A DNA stretch of 64,000 nt from Octopus vulgaris (taxonomy: Eukaryota). The stretch lies in assembly GCA_951406725.2 (NCBI GenBank), contig OX597821.1, forward strand, positions 34,906,001 to 34,970,000. Reading direction: 5' to 3'. A program made the translations under genes and the position numbers. Shown piece after piece: positions 1-12,989 of the stretch (the first letter of the stretch is position 1; the number at the start of each line of letters is the position of its first letter). The notes beneath the pieces are model-generated. The model was not told where the DNA came from. It did no database searches and worked only from the letters and a program-made list of their open reading frames with translations.

Positions 1-140
1 GTCGACTTTGCCTTTCATTCTTTCGGGGTCGATAAATTAAGTACCAGTTACGCACTGGGGTCGATGTAATCGACTTAATACCTATGTCTATCCTTGTTTG
101 TCCACTCTGTGTTTAGCCCCTTGTGGGTAATAAAGAAATA
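1..140 (+). mobile_element. tRNA-derived SINE family A (tail type a), 5' part cut by the window edge
   Basis: Core GTCGACTTTGCCTTTCATTCTTTCGGGGTCGATAAATTAAGTACCAG and tail ...GCCCCTTGTGGGTAATAAAGAAATA match full copies at 3556, 5994 and 50873. Confidence 0.9.
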
Positions 141-219
141 GGTACTTAATTTATCGACCCCGAAAGGATGAAAGGCAAAGTCGACCTCGGCGGAATTTGA
201 ACTCAGAACGTAACGACAG
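141..219 (-). mobile_element. SINE family A fragment, antisense host of the copy at 1-140
   Basis: Reverse complement of the family A core (GGTACTTAATTTATCGACCCCGAAAGGATGAAAGGCAAAGTCGAC...). Confidence 0.85.
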
Positions 220-727
220 ACCTCATTTTTGACGACACGGTGCCAGGTAGTTTATCTTATATTTAAATAGTTCAGAAGTTGTGTAACAATATTTCTTCTT
301 GCAACTGTAGATCCTATCATTCTGTGTACACCTGCTGTGTTTATTGTATTCTCACCTCTTTCAGTTCACTTTATAAAAGTCTATTTTGGTTTCCAAAGAA
401 TTTGAGTGACACTTCTTGCTATCAACATCGCCCCTGGCATCTCTTCTACGCTTCTGAGACCGACATGTTAAGATGATTAATTATTTGTAAAAATCCTACA
501 AATAACACGACACGATTGGGAAATAAAATGATTGCTTTGCTTTTGTTACAGGGTGTCGTTGAATAGTTAATGGTGTCCATTGTATGGTGATTATAGTTCG
601 GTACTGCTGCGATGTTCAAAATGTGCTTTTACACTCAGGTTTGTTCCTATCTCTGGAAGATTGCAACATGAGGGTCAACCAAAAATTTAGGTACATATGC
701 GTAAGCCTATATACGCGCACACACACA

Positions 728-782
<55 letters not shown>

Positions 783-807
783 ACACACAGGTGCTAAGCT
801 TTAGGCC

Positions 808-1208
808 TACTCTTTTCAGTCACTTGACTGTGGCCATGCTGGAGCACCGCCTTTAGTCGAGCAAATCGACCCCAGGACTTATTCTTTGTAAGCCTAGTAC
901 TTATTCTGTCGGTCTCTTTTGCCGAACCGCTAAGTTACGGGGACGGAAACACACCAGCATCGGTTGTCAGGCGATGTTGTGGGGGGGGGACACAGACACA
1001 CAAACATATACACACACATACATATATAAATATATGCATATATACGATGGGCTTCTTTCAGTTTCCGTCTACCAAATCCACTCACAAGGCTTTGGTCGGC
1101 CCGAGGCTATAGTAGAAGACACTTGCCCAATGTGCCACGCAGTGGGACTGAACCCGGAACCATGGGGTTGGTAAACAAGCTACTTACCACACCGCCACTC
1201 CTACGCCT
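808..1208 (-). mobile_element. tRNA-derived SINE family B, full length
   Basis: Minus strand reads AGGCGTAGGAGTGGCGGTGTGGTAAG...GGTTCAGTCCC (A/B-box-like), then an internal (TA/TG)n tract and the tail GGCGGTGCTCCAGCATGGCCACAGTCAAGTGACTGAAA; more than 10 related copies in the window. Confidence 0.9.
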
Positions 1209-1527
1209 TTTCCTGGTTAATTTTTGTTCCTGTCACCACCTCGTAGTTCCATAGAGCAGCGATGATTACCTCGATGTGTTTGGTTTTCCACCTTATTATG
1301 TTGACGTCGTCCCTATACGCTGAAACAACTGTCCCACATTTTACTTCGAAATCACTTACTTTCGCAGTAGTAGCTCAAATGCAAGTGCATACAGAAGTTC
1401 AACCCTTATCTCCGACCTACAACACACCTCAAACAGTTGATTGCCCTTGGTGCAACCCAACCAACAGTTTGAGCCCCATATGGTCAACCATCACTTCTAT
1501 TTCCGCCTCTTACGGCTCTCTTGCCGA

Positions 1528-1597
1528 GTACTGGGGTCGATGTAATCGATCAGTCCCCTCCTTTGAAAATTTAGGCCTTGTGCCTAGAGAAGAAAGG

Positions 1598-1657
<60 letters not shown>

Positions 1658-1660
1658 TAT
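1528..1660 (+). mobile_element. SINE family A 3' fragment (tail type b) with (ATT)n tail
   Basis: GTACTGGGGTCGATGTAATCGA...GGCCTTGTGCCTAGAGAAGAAAGG followed by (ATT)n. Confidence 0.75.
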
Positions 1661-1795
1661 GGGTTTTTCTTCTTCTTTCAAATTTGCTTTCATTTCTTGC
1701 CGAGTGTCTTCCCGACTCCTAGGGCAAAGAAACTCATTGTATACATTGGTAGGCCATTAAACTAAACTCACTAGTTCGTTCATTTTTTTTGTTTT
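1660..1795 (-). mobile_element. 3'UTR-like end of a (TAA)n-associated non-LTR element, possibly R4/Dong-like
   Basis: Diverged second copy at 63845-63962 shares CAAATTT...CCTAGGGCARAGAARCTCATTG; this copy ends at an (AAT)n tract on the minus strand. Confidence 0.5.
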
Positions 1796-1873
1796 TTGAT
1801 AGAAATAAAGTTAAATTAAAATACATGGGTAGTAATAGTTCTCACATCGACAATGCTCTTCTCAATACGTGTG

Positions 1874-1932
<59 letters not shown>

Positions 1933-1952
1933 CATCATTATTATTATTATTA

Positions 1953-2259
1953 AACCGGTGAGCTGGCAGAATCGTTAGCGCGCCGGGCTAGATGCCTAGC
2001 AGTATTTCATCTGTCTTCACGTTCTAAGTTCAAATTCCCCTGAGGTCGACTTTGCCTGTCATCCTTTCGGGGTCGATAAATTAAGAACCAGTTGAGTACT
2101 GGGGTCGATCTAATCGACTGACCCCCCCCCTCCTCCAAAATTTCGGAACTTGTGCCTAGAGTAGAAAAGATATATTAACTACCAGTCGAGCACTGGGGTC
2201 GATGTAATCGATTAGTCTCCTCCCGCCAAATTTTAGGCCTTGTGCCTGGAGAAGAAAGG

Positions 2260-2262
<3 letters not shown>
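1953..2262 (+). mobile_element. SINE family A (tail b) with a duplicated 3' tail, followed by (ATT)n
   Basis: Head GGTGAGCTGGCAGAATCGTTAGC, family core, tail at about 2090-2170 repeated at about 2178-2262. Confidence 0.85.
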
Positions 2263-2301
<39 letters not shown>

Positions 2302-2635
2302 GAGTGAGCGAGCAGTGCATGCCATCAAAGTGACACTGGGGTAAAATATACGAAGCCCAGTATACCCATCATGACTACCCGTCTGATAAGGGTACACCAG
2401 GCACATGCATCACAACCATATGTGCGCGACATGGGGATCTCATATCAAGATAAACAGCACATGACCTTGCAGGTGGAACCCAGTTAGAATTTTCTTCAGA
2501 TCGAGTAACCCATCCCGCTCAAAAGGTCCCTGAATAAGGGTTGTTTAAGGACGTTGAACGAAACACCCATGTTTCCAGAGGTGAATTATTCAAACCCCAA
2601 AGAATCCTTCTCAACACATGGCTATGATGCTCCCC

Positions 2636-2637
<2 letters not shown>
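2302..2637. mobile_element. ~335-bp unclassified interspersed element embedded in (TTA)n
   Basis: Complex, GC-richer block with sharp boundaries and pure (TTA)n on both sides; no ORF; only one copy in this window. Confidence 0.55.
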
Positions 2638-2695
<58 letters not shown>

Positions 2696-2708
2696 CATTA
2701 TTATTATT

Positions 2709-2912
2709 GAGACGGTGAGCTGGCAGAATCGTTAGCACGCTTGACGAAATGCTTAGCGGTATTTCGCCCGTCTTCACGTTATGCGTCCAAATTCCGCTGT
2801 TTTCGACTTAATCTTTCACCTTTTCGGGGTCTATAAATTAAAAAGCAGTTGAGTACTGGGGTAGATGTAATCGGTTCATCCCTTCCCCTTGTGCCTATAG
2901 TAGAAAGGATTA
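2709..2912 (+). mobile_element. SINE family A (tail b)
   Basis: Head, core and tail b, followed by ATT repeats. Confidence 0.85.
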
Positions 2913-3502
2913 TTATTGTTGTTGTTGCTGCAGTTGTTGTCATTAGTCATACATTTCAGTTTCGAACCGTGAAACCCAGTAAGAGTTGTTAGTTACGCAT
3001 GCTACAAACCTCTAAAGAGTTTACTTCTCAACCAATTAAAAGCATTTCTATATCTAATGTAAACACCACTCTTTACACTGAGGTGATATTTCTTGTTTTG
3101 TGCTCAGCTGTTTACTATTCTGTACATTAATTAATGAATATATGAAATTATCAATAATAAAACTATCTAAATCGTAGAGAAAGGAAATATCTAGGAAGCA
3201 TCACATCTTCACCATAGGCTCCCATATTCTCGTTACATTAACAACATATTCCTTAATGGTACATGCTGTTCAGAAAGAAATATGACCTACTATTATTATT
3301 GATATTATTACAATTTTTCTTTTTGTATATCTGTCTCTCCGTTTAAGTTCTCTTGTCCCCACCACTTCTTCTTCTCTCTCTTTCTCTCTCTCTCTCTCCG
3401 ACTCTATGATTCTCATATATTCTATTTTCTTTTCTATATGGCACTATTGTAGTTATCAGTATACTTTTCCAAAACCTACCTACTTACCTACCTACCCACC
3501 AA

Positions 3503-3551
<49 letters not shown>

Positions 3552-3555
3552 ATCT

Positions 3556-3764
3556 AAGGCGGTGAGCTGGCAGAAACGTTAGCGCGCCAGGCGAAATGCT
3601 TAGCGGTATTTCGTCTGCCGTTACGTTCTGAGTTCAAATTCCGCGGAGGTCGACTTTGCCTTTCATCCTTTCATCGGGGTCGATAAATAAAATACCAGTA
3701 ATCGACTTAATCCCTTTGTCTGTCCTTGTTTGTCCCCTCTATGTTTAGCCCCTTGTGGGCGATA

Positions 3765-3770
<6 letters not shown>
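3556..3770 (+). mobile_element. SINE family A (tail a)
   Basis: AAGGCGGTGAGCTGGCAGAAACGTTAGC head through GCCCCTTGTGGG tail. Confidence 0.9.
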
Positions 3771-3818
<48 letters not shown>

Positions 3819-3861
3819 TTATCTATCTAAATGTTTGTTTTTATGTTCACTTATGATACTG

Positions 3862-4075
3862 TCTACTAAAGGCACAAGGCCTGAAACTTGTGTGGAAGTG
3901 ACCAGTCGATCATATCGAACCCAGTGCGTTACTGGCTGGTACTTATTTTATCGACCTCGAGAAGATAAAAGCCAATGTTGACCACGGCGAATTTGAACTC
4001 AGAACGTAAAAACGGACAAAACGCCGCTAAGCACATTGCCCGGGGTGCTAACGACTCTGCTAACTCGCCACCTTA
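3862..4075 (-). mobile_element. SINE family A (tail b), diverged
   Basis: Reverse complement of head, core and tail b. Confidence 0.8.
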
Positions 4076-4224
4076 AATGGTCAGTTATTAGGAAAAAAAA
4101 CAACAAAACAATTTTACATTAATCTGACGGATTGCTCTGGACTTTTGTAAGATACCAATTTATTATTCTTATACAAGAATGTTGTTGATAGTGACGTCGA
4201 AGTTTCGGCCAGTTAAGCCATCGT

Positions 4225-4270
<46 letters not shown>

Positions 4271-4974
4271 GTCTGTCTGTCAGTCTGTCTGCCTGTCTGT
4301 CTGTCTGTCTGTCTGTCTGTCTCGTGAAATATGTAAAAGAATAATACATTATATATAAAGCGACACATTTGCATACACAATGTGTGTGTTTGTGTGTGTG
4401 TGTAATAAATATATACATATATGTTTACGTATATATAATTATAAATTAGATATGTATATTAATTATACACACACACACACAAACACACACTCACACACAC
4501 TCGCACACACAAACACACATTCACGCACACATACACACGGGCTTCCTGAAGCATTTTGACTTACAATTCGAAAACATTTTCCTGCCCCCGTTTAGCCACC
4601 CCAACCACGTTCCTCGACCTGACCCCTCTCTTCATATCATTAACGCTACCCAATACCATGTTTTGATTTGTCACTCTCGATAAGTCATCGTTTGAACCTA
4701 TAGGACACCGGAAACCACTGAACAGGAAAATTACGCCCCCATCATTTATCACAACGATACACCCTTCTCTACACCCGGAATACTTGCTACCAAATACATT
4801 ACTTCGACTTTCATATATCCTTCCCCTAGCCCACAACCATTCTTCGCTGACACTAGGGGTCACTAATGTCTGATCTGTCAGAAAATTTCGTTCCTGTTTC
4901 CCCCTTTTAAAGCTACTGAAATACACTCCCTTACGTCAGAGCCAACAAGGAAATCTATACGCGGCGTTTCGAAT

Positions 4975-5150
4975 TGTCAGAAATAGTAACCAGATTTTTT
5001 TAGATAAGGTCTTCCTTTCTCGAAACAGGAAGGATACATTCACCAATGGACTCGTAATCGTAAATATTCGAGAAGGTTGGATAGTGGAAGGTTTGAACGT
5101 CTTATCTGTAATCGTAGGTCTGCTTGATCAGGTCTGATCTATGGCTGCAG
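4975..5150 (+). repeat. Old interspersed repeat; related pieces near 5660-5800, 7580-7810, 13005-13270, 26010-26180, 43445-43580 and 55630-56220
   Basis: Recurring degenerate motifs AGAAATAGCAGCCAAATCT...AGGACACATTGGATAATGTAG...CTGCTTGATCAG...AAACAAC. Confidence 0.5.
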
Positions 5151-5993
5151 AATCACGTCCTCTACGAGGTCACTAAGTGTGTTAGAAATAACAGCTTAAT
5201 TACATTGAACCATCTGCAAAAGATGAGATACGCATTGATTAATGATGTCCTTGATTTTTTGCCCTTGACTGGGCAAAAAATATTAGGATAGTTATTTACG
5301 GTGTGTCTTTGGCCGTAGAGTTGATCTGGGTTTAGCAACTGCATTACAATCATCATCTCCAAGGGTAATTTTACGAGGCGGAGCAAAACTTCTGTTAAAA
5401 GCCGTGGGGCGAGAGTAGCTCTCTTAAAATTTAAGATTCAGTTTCTAAATGGGACATAATTCCTGTTAAGTCTTTTCAATGGAGAAAATGCTATAATAGA
5501 ACTCATAGCTCCATCCTTCACCTGGATCGATGTAGCGGCTGAATCACTTCTCTTATAAGCCCTAGCAGTAGCAGAAACAGTTACCACATCACGAGAGATC
5601 CACTTACTATACCAAGAGAGATTCACTTAAATCCACTAAATCCACTTACTCTATGTTTGCTGGACTTACAAAAGATATCCGCTAAATCTTCCTCAAATTA
5701 CAATTTAGTGTATTTAAAAGGGTGGAACACATTGAATAATGTAGACCCTGCTGGATAATGCCAGCATGGGGGACCGAGCCTTTGGTCACGGGACGAAACA
5801 AACACTATGACAAAAAGGTAAAATATATCCAGGAAGAAAAATAAACTCTGATCGAACTTCAGCAAACTGAATTAATGATTCTTTTTTTCGTTTTTCATTT
5901 CATTGTTTTAGCTGTGATATTGAATTTGATGTGATTTTTGTATTTCCCATACTGTCTGTGCTCCGATATAAGCCTCATCATCAGAACTATATT

Positions 5994-6225
5994 AAGGCTG
6001 CGAGCTGGCAGAACTGTTAGCGCGCCGGGCGAAATGCGTAGCCGTACTTCGTCTGCCGTTACGTTCTGAGTTCAAATTCCGCCGAGGTCGACTTTGCCTT
6101 TCATCCTTTTGGGGCCGATAAATTAAGTACCAGTTACGCACTGGGGTCGATATAATCGACTTAATCCGTTTGTCTGTCCTTGTTTGTCCTCTCTATGTTT
6201 AGCCCCTTGTGGATAATAAAGAAAC
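5994..6225 (+). mobile_element. SINE family A (tail a), full length
   Basis: Complete head, core and tail a. Confidence 0.9.
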
Positions 6226-6579
6226 AGATATGTCTCAGCTCGCAGGCTGAAGTGGGTAAAATACTAAATACGTAATGACTTTATATAAATCGCGCTCTCA
6301 TTGTGTGCTACATCATGAATTGTCAGTTGATATACGATTTAAAATATTTGTTTAATCACTTTTAATTAAGCTATTAAAATGAAATGTGACATTTTTTTTT
6401 CAAGCTTTATTTCCGTTTAACAATTTGCTATTTCATCTCCAGATAGGATAGTCCACATGAAACGGTGCTTAGTCATTTGTTTCTGTGCTACAAGCTGCTG
6501 GCCATCGGTGTATGCTGTAGGAAAGTTCCTGATACGTATCTGGAACAATAGAAATCCGTGGGTTGTGACTAATTCGACG

Positions 6580-7110
6580 GGCTCGCTTTAACGACCGATT
6601 CGAAACGTTCCTTTAACTCACCGTTTGACGAGGTCCTTAAACCCTTTGCTTGTCTTGTGAATCACGTGATACTCAGGATATATTTCCCTGGTGTCCACGT
6701 ATTGTATATGAAATGGAAGCTTTATGTTACCCATAACATATAACTAAAATTTGAAGAGATGCGTGGATGTTAAGATCTAACTCATGAAAAAATTGGATTG
6801 GCGCTGAGTTAAACGACCAATTTGAAAAGCAAACTTCTTTAAACCAGCGCTCGACGAGATCGTTTAATCCTTTGAGTGTCTTGTGTGTCACGTGATACAC
6901 AGGACAGATCCACGTATCGTATATGATAGATATTCCCAATTTTTTTTTTCAACAACCAGGATACCTTGGGACTTATGAAAGGAAAGCTTTATATTACTCA
7001 GAATGTAGGTGACAAGAGCTAACTAAAAGTTTGAAAAGAAGAATGGATGTTTAGGACTAACTTAAAATACTTTGGATAGGCACAGAGACAAACGATAGAA
7101 TCGAAAAACT
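6580..7110 (+). repeat. Diverged tandem duplication, unit about 230-280 bp
   Basis: Paired motifs at 6611/6837 (CTTTAA...GACGAG...TGTCTTGTG..TCACGTGATAC), 6715/6982 (AAGCTTTAT.TTAC) and 6750/7031 (TTGAA.AGA...TGGATGTT). Confidence 0.65.
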
Positions 7111-7119
7111 CTCTGAAGT

Positions 7120-7380
7120 CCGTTACGATCTGAGTTCAAATTCCGCCGAGGTCGACTTTGCTTTCATCCTTTCGGGGGTCGATAAATTAAGTACCAGTTA
7201 CGCACTGGGGTCGATATAATCGACTTAATCCGTTTCTCTGTCCTTGTTTGTCCTCTCTGACAGTTCATGATGTTGCACACAACGAGAGCGCGATTTATAT
7301 AAAGTCATTACGTATTTAGTCTTTTGCCCATTTCAGCCTGCGAGCTGAGGCTTATATCTGTTTCTTTATTACCCACAAGG
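7120..7380. repeat. SINE A fragment (+) fused to an inverted copy of 6205-6326
   Basis: 7257-7380 is the reverse complement of the SINE 3' end plus unique flank at 6205-6326. Confidence 0.85.
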
Positions 7381-7857
7381 GTCCCTTAATTGAGCGATTC
7401 GACAAGATCCTTAGACGACCGTTCGGTTGCGTATCTGCTTGCCAGCTCGATCGTAGCTGAGTTAGGGCCAAAAAACAACAACGTCAAAGAAAAAGAAAAA
7501 AAAAAAGAAAAAGAAAAAGGAGAAAAAATACAAGAAAAATAATGTACCAAGGATAGAAACCTTACGAGGTTATTCACTGCCCAGAAATAGCCAGTAAATT
7601 ATCTCTCAATTAACACCAACTGATCTTAGAAAGGGAGAAATAAATAAATTAGAGATAGTATAGTCCTGGGGCGGTAGAGGGGGATGCAGCAAGTGGGGTG
7701 GGGGAATGGGATGAGGTGGGGCGGGGCGGAGAGAAATAAACGGGATGGTCGCAATTTGAAATGTGTCTGGTTTCTGAGATTCTTGATCAAAACTGGCCTG
7801 AAGCTAAATAACTGCAATAACAACAAGAGCAACAAGAAAGGGATATAGAGGGCAGTG

Positions 7858-8109
7858 GAAGAAGAAGAAGAAGAAGAAGAAGAAGAAGAAGAAGAAGAAG
7901 AAGAAGAAGAAGAAGAAGAAGAAGAAGACGGAGGAGGAGAAGAAGAAGAAGAAGACGGAGGAGGAGAATAAGAAGAAGAAGAAGAAGAAGGAGGAGGAGG
8001 AGGAGGAGGAGGAGGAGGAGGAGGGGAAGAAGGAGAAGGAGAAAAAGGAGGTGGAGGAGAGGAGAAGAAGAAGGAGGAGAAGAAGAAGAAGGAGACGGAG
8101 GAGAAGAAG

Positions 8110-8141
<32 letters not shown>

Positions 8142-8173
8142 GTAGTTGATGATGATGATGATGATGATGATGA
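7858..8173. repeat. (GAA/GGA)n followed by (GAT)n
   Basis: Read directly from the sequence. Confidence 0.95.
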
Positions 8174-8528
8174 TAGCAAGTGTATAAGACGGCCAAAGTG
8201 CCTTTTCGGTTTAGCACGTACCCGATAATGTCACATTCTGTTACACCCAATGACCTGTTTTTGTACCCTAGAATGTCGGGTGTAGCCAATTCATACTACA
8301 TCACTGCCTTGTCTTTATCTCTTAATTGATGCGAACACAAAGACAAACAAACAGATAATTACAGATATTTCTTTACATACAGAGGCATAGAAATATTTGT
8401 ATATAGACGGAACATGATTTCTTACTCTCTCCCTTTCTCTCTGTCTCTCTGTCTCACTGTCTTGCTGTCTCACTGTCTCTCTCTTTCTCTCTCTCACACA
8501 CGTAAGTATATATTTGTATGTATGTATG

Positions 8529-8593
<65 letters not shown>

Positions 8594-8763
8594 ATGTGCG
8601 TGTATGTATGTACGCAAACACACACACACACGCACACACACACACACATATATATATATGTATCTGCATGTATATATACATGTATATATACATGCAGATA
8701 CACATACACACTCACATGTACATATGTGTATGTATACATGTAGCTCACGCATACCCACAGCCA

Positions 8764-8815
<52 letters not shown>

Positions 8816-9055
8816 TATATACGCGCGCAAGTATGCACACACATATACGTATAAGCATTATTTTTCCATGACTAATCTAGGATTAAGCAGATAATCCATG
8901 CTTATGATGTTTCCGACTCAGTGTGCATGGGAACACAAATGACATAATATACACACTGTATGTATATACACGCAGTGATGCATATATATATATGCCTCGG
9001 TATGTACCTGAGTGCATTGTACTAATCATATATGGAGTCCTTTATGTGTATATAT

Positions 9056-9415
9056 AGGCGTAGGAGTGGCTGTGTGGTAAGTAGCTTGCTTACCAACCAC
9101 ATGGTTCCGGGTTCAGTCCCACTGCGTGGCACCTTGAGCAAGTGTCTTCTACTATAGCCTCGGGCCGACTAAAGCCTTGTGAGTGGATTTGGTAGACGGA
9201 AACTGAAAGAAGCCCATCGTATATATGTATATATATTTATATATATATGTGTGTGTGTTTACATCATCGTAACTTAGCGGTTCGGCAAAAGAGACGGATA
9301 GAATAAGTACTAGGCTTACAAAGAATAAGTCCTGGGGACGATTTGCTCGACTAAAGGCGGTGCTCCAGCATGGCTACAGTCACATGAATGAAACAAGCAA
9401 AAGAGTAAAAGAGTA
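9056..9415 (+). mobile_element. SINE family B
   Basis: Head, internal (TA/TG)n and tail ending in AAAAGAGT repeats. Confidence 0.9.
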
Positions 9416-9544
9416 TCTGTTTGCAAACCTACCTTTCAATCTATATATTTGTCTGACGGTCTGTCTGCCTGCCTGTCTACCTATCGGTCACTCAAACTGT
9501 TACCATATATCTATATTCACAATATATACATATAATATTAATCT

Positions 9545-9897
9545 ATTCTACTGCAGGCACAAGGCCTGAAATTTTTGGAGAAGGGACTAATCGATTACAT
9601 CGACCCCCCACCCACAGCCAGTGTTTCATAGGATGAAAGGCAAAGTCGACCTCGGCGGAATTTAAACTCAGAACGTAGCGACAGTCGAAATACCTATTTC
9701 TTTATTGCCCACAAGGGGCTAAAGATAGAGGGGACAAACAAGAATAGACAAAGGGATTAAGTCGAGCAAATCGACCCCAGGACTTATTCTTTGTAAGCGT
9801 AATACTTATTCTTTCGGTCACTTTAACCGAACCGCTAAGTTACTGGGATTTAAAAAAACCAGCATCGGTTGTCAAGCGATGTTGGGTGGGGGAACAA

Positions 9898-9930
<33 letters not shown>

Positions 9931-10100
9931 CACACACACGCGCACACACACACACACACACACGCACACACACACACACACAGATATATACGACAAGCTT
10001 CTTTCAGTTTCCGTCTACCAAGTCTACTCACAAGGCTTTGGTCGGCCTGAGGCTATAGTAGAAGACATTTGCCCAACGTTCCATGCAGTGGGACTGAACC
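9545..10100 (-). mobile_element. Nested or chimeric SINE A (tail b, then tail a) and SINE B cluster
   Basis: Successive reverse-complement matches; the A-to-B junction lies at the shared AGTCGA motif near 9760. Confidence 0.75.
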
Positions 10101-10257
10101 CACTACAACAAAGCTGCAAAAGCATCACAGAAACTATTACTTATCGTTTCACGTTCCCGTTCGTTGGACATTTTTGTTTGAGAAACTGTCCGATGAACGG
10201 GAACTTAAATAAAGCACCTCACTCTACCATTGACATTCGAGTACTAACTTTTTGCAC

Positions 10258-10304
<47 letters not shown>

Positions 10305-10459
10305 CGGAGATGTACTCGCATAGCAAGTAATTTGATCTGAGATCGTGTGCTGAAACGAAAACAATTGCATATATATATATATATATATATACATACACGT
10401 ATATTCAAATACGATTTAGAAGCACCACAAGTTATATGAAAATATCGAACACGCATCAC

Positions 10460-10491
<32 letters not shown>

Positions 10492-10600
10492 CATATGGAC
10501 CTTCCCAGGCTCCATGAGTATTTTAGCATGGTTGCCCTTCCTAACGCTAACCACTTTACAGAGTGTACTGTTTGTTTTTGTGTGCGTACGTGCTTCTCTA

Positions 10601-10679
<79 letters not shown>

Positions 10680-11007
10680 ATATGCATGCGTATTGAAATA
10701 AGTACCGAGGCACGCGACTACAGGTTTCTGAATGTAAAAACGTAAAGACACACCCATGGTTTCCTTCTTCACTAACACACAGGCACTCGCATGTATAATG
10801 AAATCACACACCAGCTTTTTTTTTTTAAAAAAAAGAAAGAACCGAAAAACAAAAGAAGAACTAAAAATTCACGCGTGTTTCTAAATATTGACACTGCTAT
10901 ACACTTCACAAACGTACATATTCAGAAACACTCGCACACACACACATATTCAGGAAGGCAACACATGTATATATGTACATATGGACGTGTGTGAGTGAGT
11001 GTGTGTA

Positions 11008-11079
<72 letters not shown>

Positions 11080-11719
11080 TATATAAATATACATATATAT
11101 AGGTATGTTTGTATATATATATATATAATATAATAAATAAATATAATATATACTGTGTATATCGAAACACAAATATATGTATACAATCGTAAACCACAGG
11201 GACATATACACATACACTTCCACTTCGCTGTATTAACATTTCATATCGTGATACACAAATATATCGTTTCATATGAACCAGGAACTGTGTCGCGGTTACA
11301 CCACTGGGAATAAATCTGAAATAAGCCAAAATGAAACAGGATCAAGACGACATGATGAATGGTGTCGATGTAATTGACTCTGAATCTACGTATATACATG
11401 TGTAACTGTGTATCCTTAAGTACTTTTCATAATCCTTTTTTGTGTGTAGATGTATGTGCTTGTATGTGTTTCTATGTCTGTCTACGTGTGTGTTGATATT
11501 CTGGTTCTTGTATGTATTTTAATCTTAATACGTACACGCAATTATTTACACAAGCATTAATCTAATTAGTCTGTTGGTCTTACATCTGTAAGAGAGAATT
11601 ATTCCGTACGTATTTCACAGTGAAAAAATTAGTGCTCAGAGCAAGCCCCACCGGTTTGCATACGAAAAGCATGGAATGATGGAAAATGGCCTCGTCCGCG
11701 CATCATCCGTTGGTCTCCG

Positions 11720-11909
11720 TTCACTTGTCTCAGTGATTTGACTGCGGCCATGCTGAAGTATAGCCTTTAGTCGAGCAAATCGACCCCAGGTCTTATTCTT
11801 TGTAAGCCTAGTATTTATTCTATCGGTCTCTTTTCCCGAACCGCTAATTTACGGGGACATAAACACAGTAACATCGTTTGTCAAGCGATGTTGCGGGGGA
11901 CAAACACAG

Positions 11910-11948
<39 letters not shown>

Positions 11949-12097
11949 CATACGACGGGCTTCTTTCAGTTTTCGTCTACCAAATCCACTCACAAGGCTT
12001 TGGTCGGTCCGAGGCTATAGTTGAAGACACTTGCCCAATGTGCCATGCAGTGGGATTGAACCCGGAACCATGTGGTTGGTAAGCAAGCTACTTACTA
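11720..12097 (-). mobile_element. SINE family B
   Basis: Reverse complement of family B. Confidence 0.85.
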
Positions 12098-12254
12098 TTC
12101 AAGTACTGGAGCCGAACTTATAGGATGTACTCCTTCCCCTCATGTCTGGCCATTTTGTGAAATCTATAGACAACCCAGTATTCGAACTCGTGTATCATTG
12201 ACACACTTTCTCTAACAAAAATTCTTAGCTGTTATGATTTTTATAATGATTTAA

Positions 12255-12445
12255 AATTTCGACGCAAGGTTAGAAATTTCGGGGTTAGGGTAAGTCGATT
12301 ATTCAAATGGTACTTATTTTATCACCCCGAAAGGATGAAAAGCCACGTTGATCTCGGTAGAATTTGAACTCAGAACATAAAGACGGACGAAATGCCGCTT
12401 AGTATTTTGCCCAACGTGCTAACGATTCTGCCAGCTCTCCGCCTT
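12255..12445 (-). mobile_element. SINE family A (tail b), diverged
   Basis: Reverse complement of head and core. Confidence 0.75.
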
Positions 12446-12515
12446 AGATTATAACTTTTATAATGGGAAGTTACTATATGTCACTGTGCCACTCACTGAA
12501 GACTTAGAAAGTATC

Positions 12516-12738
12516 TCTACTCTTTTACTCTTTTACTCTTTTAATTGTTTCAGTCATTTGACTGTGGCCATGCTGGAGCACCGCCTTTAGTCGAGCACAT
12601 CGACCCCAGGACTTATTCTTTGGAAGCCTAGTACTTATTCTATCGGTCTCTTTTTTGCCGAACCGCTAAGTTACGGGGACGTAAACACACCAGCATCGGT
12701 TGTCAAGCAATGTTGGGAGGACAAACGCAGACACACAA

Positions 12739-12811
<73 letters not shown>

Positions 12812-12989
12812 CATATACATATATACGACAGGCTTCTTTCAGTTTACGTCTACCAAATCCACTCACAAGGCTTTGGTCGGCCCGAGGCTATAGGAGAAGA
12901 CACTCGCCCAAGGTGCCACGCAGTGGGACTGAACCCGGAATCATGTGGTTGGTAAGCAAGCTACTTACCACACAGCCACTCCTACGCCT
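12516..12989 (-). mobile_element. SINE family B, full length, with (AAAAGAGT)n tail
   Basis: Near-consensus copy. Confidence 0.92.

Noticed and set aside
4190-4225. Hammerhead half on the minus strand (GGC...GCC-GAAAC...GTC)
   Set aside because: The 5' core and helix I are replaced by (ATCT)n, too incomplete to call; the similar motif near 18770-18805 is also too degenerate
4561-4926. 121-aa minus-strand ORF, and plus-strand TFLDLT / HRKPLNR motifs reminiscent of Penelope RT
   Set aside because: No recognisable domain in the ORF; the plus-strand motifs are short and separated by a stop, so unsupported without a search
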